Below the pieces are notes generated by a model. The model saw only the letters and a list, made by a program, of their open reading frames with translations, was not told the origin of the DNA and ran no database searches. From the human T2T-CHM13v2.0 reference genome, Homo sapiens, in the NCBI RefSeq assembly GCF_009914755.1, contig NC_060936.1: a DNA stretch of 64,000 nucleotides, one strand, 5' to 3'. Numbering within the stretch: the stretch's first letter is position 1; every line of letters begins with the position of its first letter. Position numbers and translations under genes: made by a program. Of this stretch, positions 58,820 to 64,000 are shown piece after piece.

Positions 58820-61335
58820 GTTCCAGTTATTGATGCTGTGTAAAAAACAACACCAAACTCAGAGGCTTAAAATGATCATTGTTAATTTCTTATGGTTCTA
58901 GGGTTGGCCATTTGGACAAATCTGCTGATCTTGCCTGGGCTCATCCACATGGCTACATTCAACCGGAAGTTTGGATGAGCTAGAAGATCCGAGACAGCCT
59001 CCCTCAGTAACTGGCAGTGGGTGCTGACTGTCCCCTGAGGAGCCTCAGTTTTCCTCCATATGACTGCTTGTCCCACAGGAGGCCAGGCAGAAGCTGCAAA
59101 GTTTCTTTTTTTTTTTTTTTTTTTTTTAATTTATTTTTTTATTGATAATTCTTGGGTGTTTCTCACAGAGGGGGATTTGGCAGGGTCATGGGACAATAGT
59201 GGAGGGAAGGTCAGCAGATAAACAAGTGAACAAAGGTCTCTGGTTTTCCTAGGCAGAGGACCCTGCGGCCTTCCGCAGTGTTTGTGTCCCTGGGTACTTG
59301 AGATTAGAGAGTGGTGATGACTCTTAAGGAGCATGCTGCCTTCAAGCATCTGTTTAACAAAGCACATCTTGCACCGCCCTTAATCCATTTAACCCTGAGT
59401 GGACACAGCACATGTTTCAGAGAGCACAGGGTTGGGGATAAGGTCACAGATCAACAGGATCCCAAGGCAGAGGAATTTTTCTTAGTGCAGAACAAAATGA
59501 AAAGTCTCCCATGTCTACTTCTTTCTACACAGACACGGCAACCATCCGATTTCTCAATCTTTTCCCCACCTTTCCCGCCTTTCTATTCCACAAAGCCGCC
59601 ATTGTCATCCTGGCCCGTTCTCAATGAGCTGTTGGGCACACCTCCCAGACGGGGTGGTGGCCGGGCAGAGGGGCTACTCACTTCCCAGTAGGGGCGGCCG
59701 GGCAGAGGCGCCCCTCACCTCCCGGACGGGGCGGCCGGCCGGGCGGGGGGCTGACCCCCCCACCTCCCTCCCGGACGGGGCGGCTGGCCGGGTGGGGGGG
59801 CTGACCCCCCCATCTCCCTCCCGGACGGGGTGGCTGGCCGGGCAGAGGGGCTACTCACTTCCCAGTAGGGGCGGCCAGGCAGAGGCGCCCCTCACCTCCC
59901 GGACGGGGCGGCCGGCCGGGCGGGGGGCTGACCCCCCCACCTCCCTCCCGGACGGGGCGGCTGGCCGGGTGGGGGGGCTGACCCCCCCATCTCCCTCCCG
60001 GACGGGGTGGCTGGCCGGGCTGAGGGGCTCCTCACTTCCCAGTAGGGGCGGCCGGGCCGAGGCGCCCCTCACCTCCCGGACGGGGCGGCTGGCCGGGCGG
60101 GGAGCTGACCCCCCACCTCCCTCCCGGATCGGGCGGCTGGCCGGGCGGGGGGCTGACTCCCCCCACCTCCCTCCCGGACGGGGTGGCTGCCGGGCGGAGA
60201 CGCTCCTCACTTCCCAGATGGGGTGGCTGCCGGGCGGAGAGGCTCCTCACTTCTCAGACGGGGCAGCTGCCGGGCGGAGGGGCTCCTCACTTCTCAGACG
60301 GGGTGGTTGCCAGGCAGAGGGTCTCCTCACTTCTCAGACGGGGCGGCCGGGCAGAGACGCTCCTCACCTCCCAGACGGGGTCTCGGCCGGGCAGAGGCGC
60401 TCCTCACATCCCAGATGGGGCGGCGGGGCAGAGGCGCTCCCCACATCTCAGAATATGGGCGGCCGGGCAGAGACGCTCCTCACTTCCTAGATGTGATGGC
60501 GGCTGGGAAGAGGCGCTCCTCACTTCCTAGATGGGATGGCGGCCGGGCGGAGACGCTCCTCACTTTCCAGACTGGGCAGCCAGGCAGAGGGGCTCCTCAC
60601 ATCCCCGACGATGGGCGGCCAGGCAGAGACACTCCTCACTTCCCAGACGGGGTGGCGGCCGGGCAGAGGCTGCAATCTCGGCACTTTGGGAGGCCAAGGC
60701 AGGCGGCTGGGAGGTGTAGGTTGTAGTGAGCCGAGATCACGCCACTGCACTCCAGCCTGGGCACCATTGAGCACTGAGTGAACGAGACTCCGTCTGCAGT
60801 CCCGGCACCTCGGGAGGCCGAGGTTGGCGGATCACTCGCGGTTAGGGGCTGGAGACCGGCCCGGCCAACACAGCGAAACCCCATCTCCACCAAAACCAGT
60901 CAGGCGTGGCGGTGCGTGCCTGCAATCGCAGGCATTCGGCAGACTGAGGCAGGAGAATCAGGCAGGGAGGTTGCAGTGAGCCGAGATGGCAGCAGTACAG
61001 TCCAGCTTCGGCTCCGCATGAGAGGGAGACCGTGGGGAGACGGAGACGAGAGGCAGAGGCGGAGGCGGAGGCGGAGGCGGAGGCGGAGGCGGAGGCGGAG
61101 GCGGAGGCGGAGGCGGAGGCGGAGGCGGAGAGGCAGAGGCAGAGGCAGAGGCAGAGGCAGGGCAAAGTTTCTTAAAACCTGAGCTCTGAAGCTCACACAG
61201 CATCAAGTCTGCCACATTCTGTTGGTCAATGTGAGCCATGAGGCCAGTATCAGTTCAAGCGAGCAGAAGAATAGAGTCCACCTCTTGAAGGGAGGAACAG
61301 CAACACCACATTGCAAAGAGGGGTGGGTAAAGGGC
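58820..61335 (-). mobile_element. MLT1 LTR that is the SVA target
   Basis: MLT1 sequence is continuous across the SVA TSD (ccaggcagaagctgcaaagtttctt|aaaacctgagctctgaag...gccacattctgttggtc). Confidence 0.6.
59108..61161 (-). mobile_element. Full-length SVA retrotransposon (young, SVA_E-like)
   Basis: On + strand: poly-T tail, SINE-R (~59130-59640), GC-rich VNTR (~59640-60670), Alu-like domain (~60670-61020), hexamer head (61051-61160). Perfect TSD GCAAAGTTTCTT at 59096-59107 and 61162-61173. Confidence 0.97.
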
Positions 61336-62172
61336 CATTATTTATTTACTTTTCTTTTTGAGCAGGGTCTCACTCTGTCTCCCAGACTGCAGTGCAGTGA
61401 CGCAATCATAAGCTCACTGCAGCCTCAACCTCCCAGGCTCAAGTGATCCTCCCACCCCGGCCTCCCAGGTATCCAGCACTAAAAGGTGCACACCACCACA
61501 CTTGGCCAACTTTTGCATTTTTTGTAGAAACGGGTTACACCATGTTGTCCAGGCTGGTCTGGAACTCCTGGGCTCAAGCAATCCTCCTGACTCGGCCTCC
61601 CAAAGTGCTGAGATTACAGGCGTGAGCCACTGCAGAGAGCCATTATTATAATGATCTAGCACATCATGTGACCCAGGCCACTCCAATTAGACACTGTCTC
61701 TTGGGATTCCAGATACATATGTGTGTGTAAGAGTGTTCATGTGTATATTTATACATATACATATATGTATAAATGTTTGGTTTGAGTTGGCCAGAGTTGA
61801 TTTCTGTGTCACTTGCAACCAAAATATCCTAACTGATACATGTATCAGGGCTATTGAGTGGAAGGCCTTTCTCAGGTTTTGGCATATCAGGGTATTTACT
61901 TCTTCTCATTGGTAATAAGGGAACAACACCAAGTCCCTGAGACCTGTCTTGTCCCCATTTCCAACTCCCGTGGTGGCTCCTTTTGGCCATGTCTGGACAA
62001 TGTAATCCCAACTCCTTGACCATACTTGTTGGGACCAGAGTCGAAACTAACCCTACTGACCAGTGGTGAACGCCTGTAATCCCAGAACTTTGGGAGGCTG
62101 AAGCGGTCAGATCACCAGAGGTCAGGAGTTCGAGACCAGCCTGGCCAACATGGTGAAACCCTGCCTCTACTA

Positions 62173-62349
<177 letters not shown>

Positions 62350-62671
62350 CTAATCCTACTAAGCCCAATCAGATTATTTCTGCCAGGATTTAAAATCAGA
62401 ACATGAGAATCTGTCAGACTATACTATCCCTTGAATGAGGCCACATAAACTCAAAGACTGAGGATGGTCACCTTCCACCCTATGCAGAGAAAAATAGAGA
62501 TGGTTGATGTGCAGAAAGAAGGAGCAGAGATACTGAGAGAATAGAGATGAGAGATGGTGTGGCATCTAAGAACCTGGCCGGGAACAGTGGCTCACCTCTG
62601 TAATCCCAGCACTTTGGGAGGCTAAGGTGGGTAGATCATTTGAGGTCAGGAGTTTGAGACCAGCCTGGTCA

Positions 62672-62971
<300 letters not shown>

Positions 62972-63095
62972 TCAGGAATCAGCAAATGACTGCATTCAGG
63001 TCAACAATAGAGAGTGAATCCTAGGACTAACATAAGAGATATCAGAAAATATATTATTTCTTCCCCTGGCTAGTCTGGTAGAAGTAGGCGGATCA

Positions 63096-63526
<431 letters not shown>

Positions 63527-63602
63527 TCAAAACCCCATCTCTATTAAAAATACAAAAAAATGGTAGTCCCAGCTACTTGGGAGGGCTGAGGCATGAGAAT
63601 CA

Positions 63603-63809
<207 letters not shown>

Positions 63810-64000
63810 TCACGCCTATAATCTCAGCACTTTGGGAGGCCGAGGCAGGCGGATCACAAGGTCAGGAGATCGAGTCCATCCTGGCCAACTTAGTGAAACC
63901 TCATCTCTAGTAAAAATACAAAGATTAGCCAGGAGTGGTGGCAGGCATGTAATCCCAGCTACTCAGGAGGCTGAGGCAGGAGAACTGCTTGAATCTGGGA

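Noticed and set aside
59624-60490. 288-aa ORF, the longest in the window, and overlapping GC-rich ORFs
   Set aside because: Stop-poor SVA VNTR sequence; the protein repeats mirror the DNA repeats.

Overview
Primate, very probably human, genomic DNA: the 5' end of CIT (citron rho-interacting serine/threonine kinase) on the minus strand, plus about 45 kb of repeat-dense upstream sequence. CIT is represented by a non-coding exon 1 in a CpG-island promoter (~18.4-18.9 kb), coding exon 2 (17400-17495, [32 protein letters not shown]) and exon 3 (10383-10524, [47 protein letters not shown]). Exon 4 lies beyond base 1. The rest is mostly transposon-derived: about 90 Alu copies or fragments by my manual count, old L1M/L2/MIR, MaLR and ERV LTRs, hAT MERs, a twin-primed L1PA, and a full-length young SVA with a non-canonical hexamer head. 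Almost all ORFs in the track are Alu, SVA or simple-repeat artefacts. I see no convincing new protein-coding or multi-gene system. The best leads are regulatory or structural: a candidate poison/recursive exon in intron 2, a dual-CHR promoter, a mosaic local duplication upstream of the TSS, a sense-oriented HERV-E LTR, a CTCF site with upstream module, a 28-bp-stem hairpin, and the SVA. Repeat family names come from recall of consensus sequences and need RepeatMasker/Dfam confirmation.
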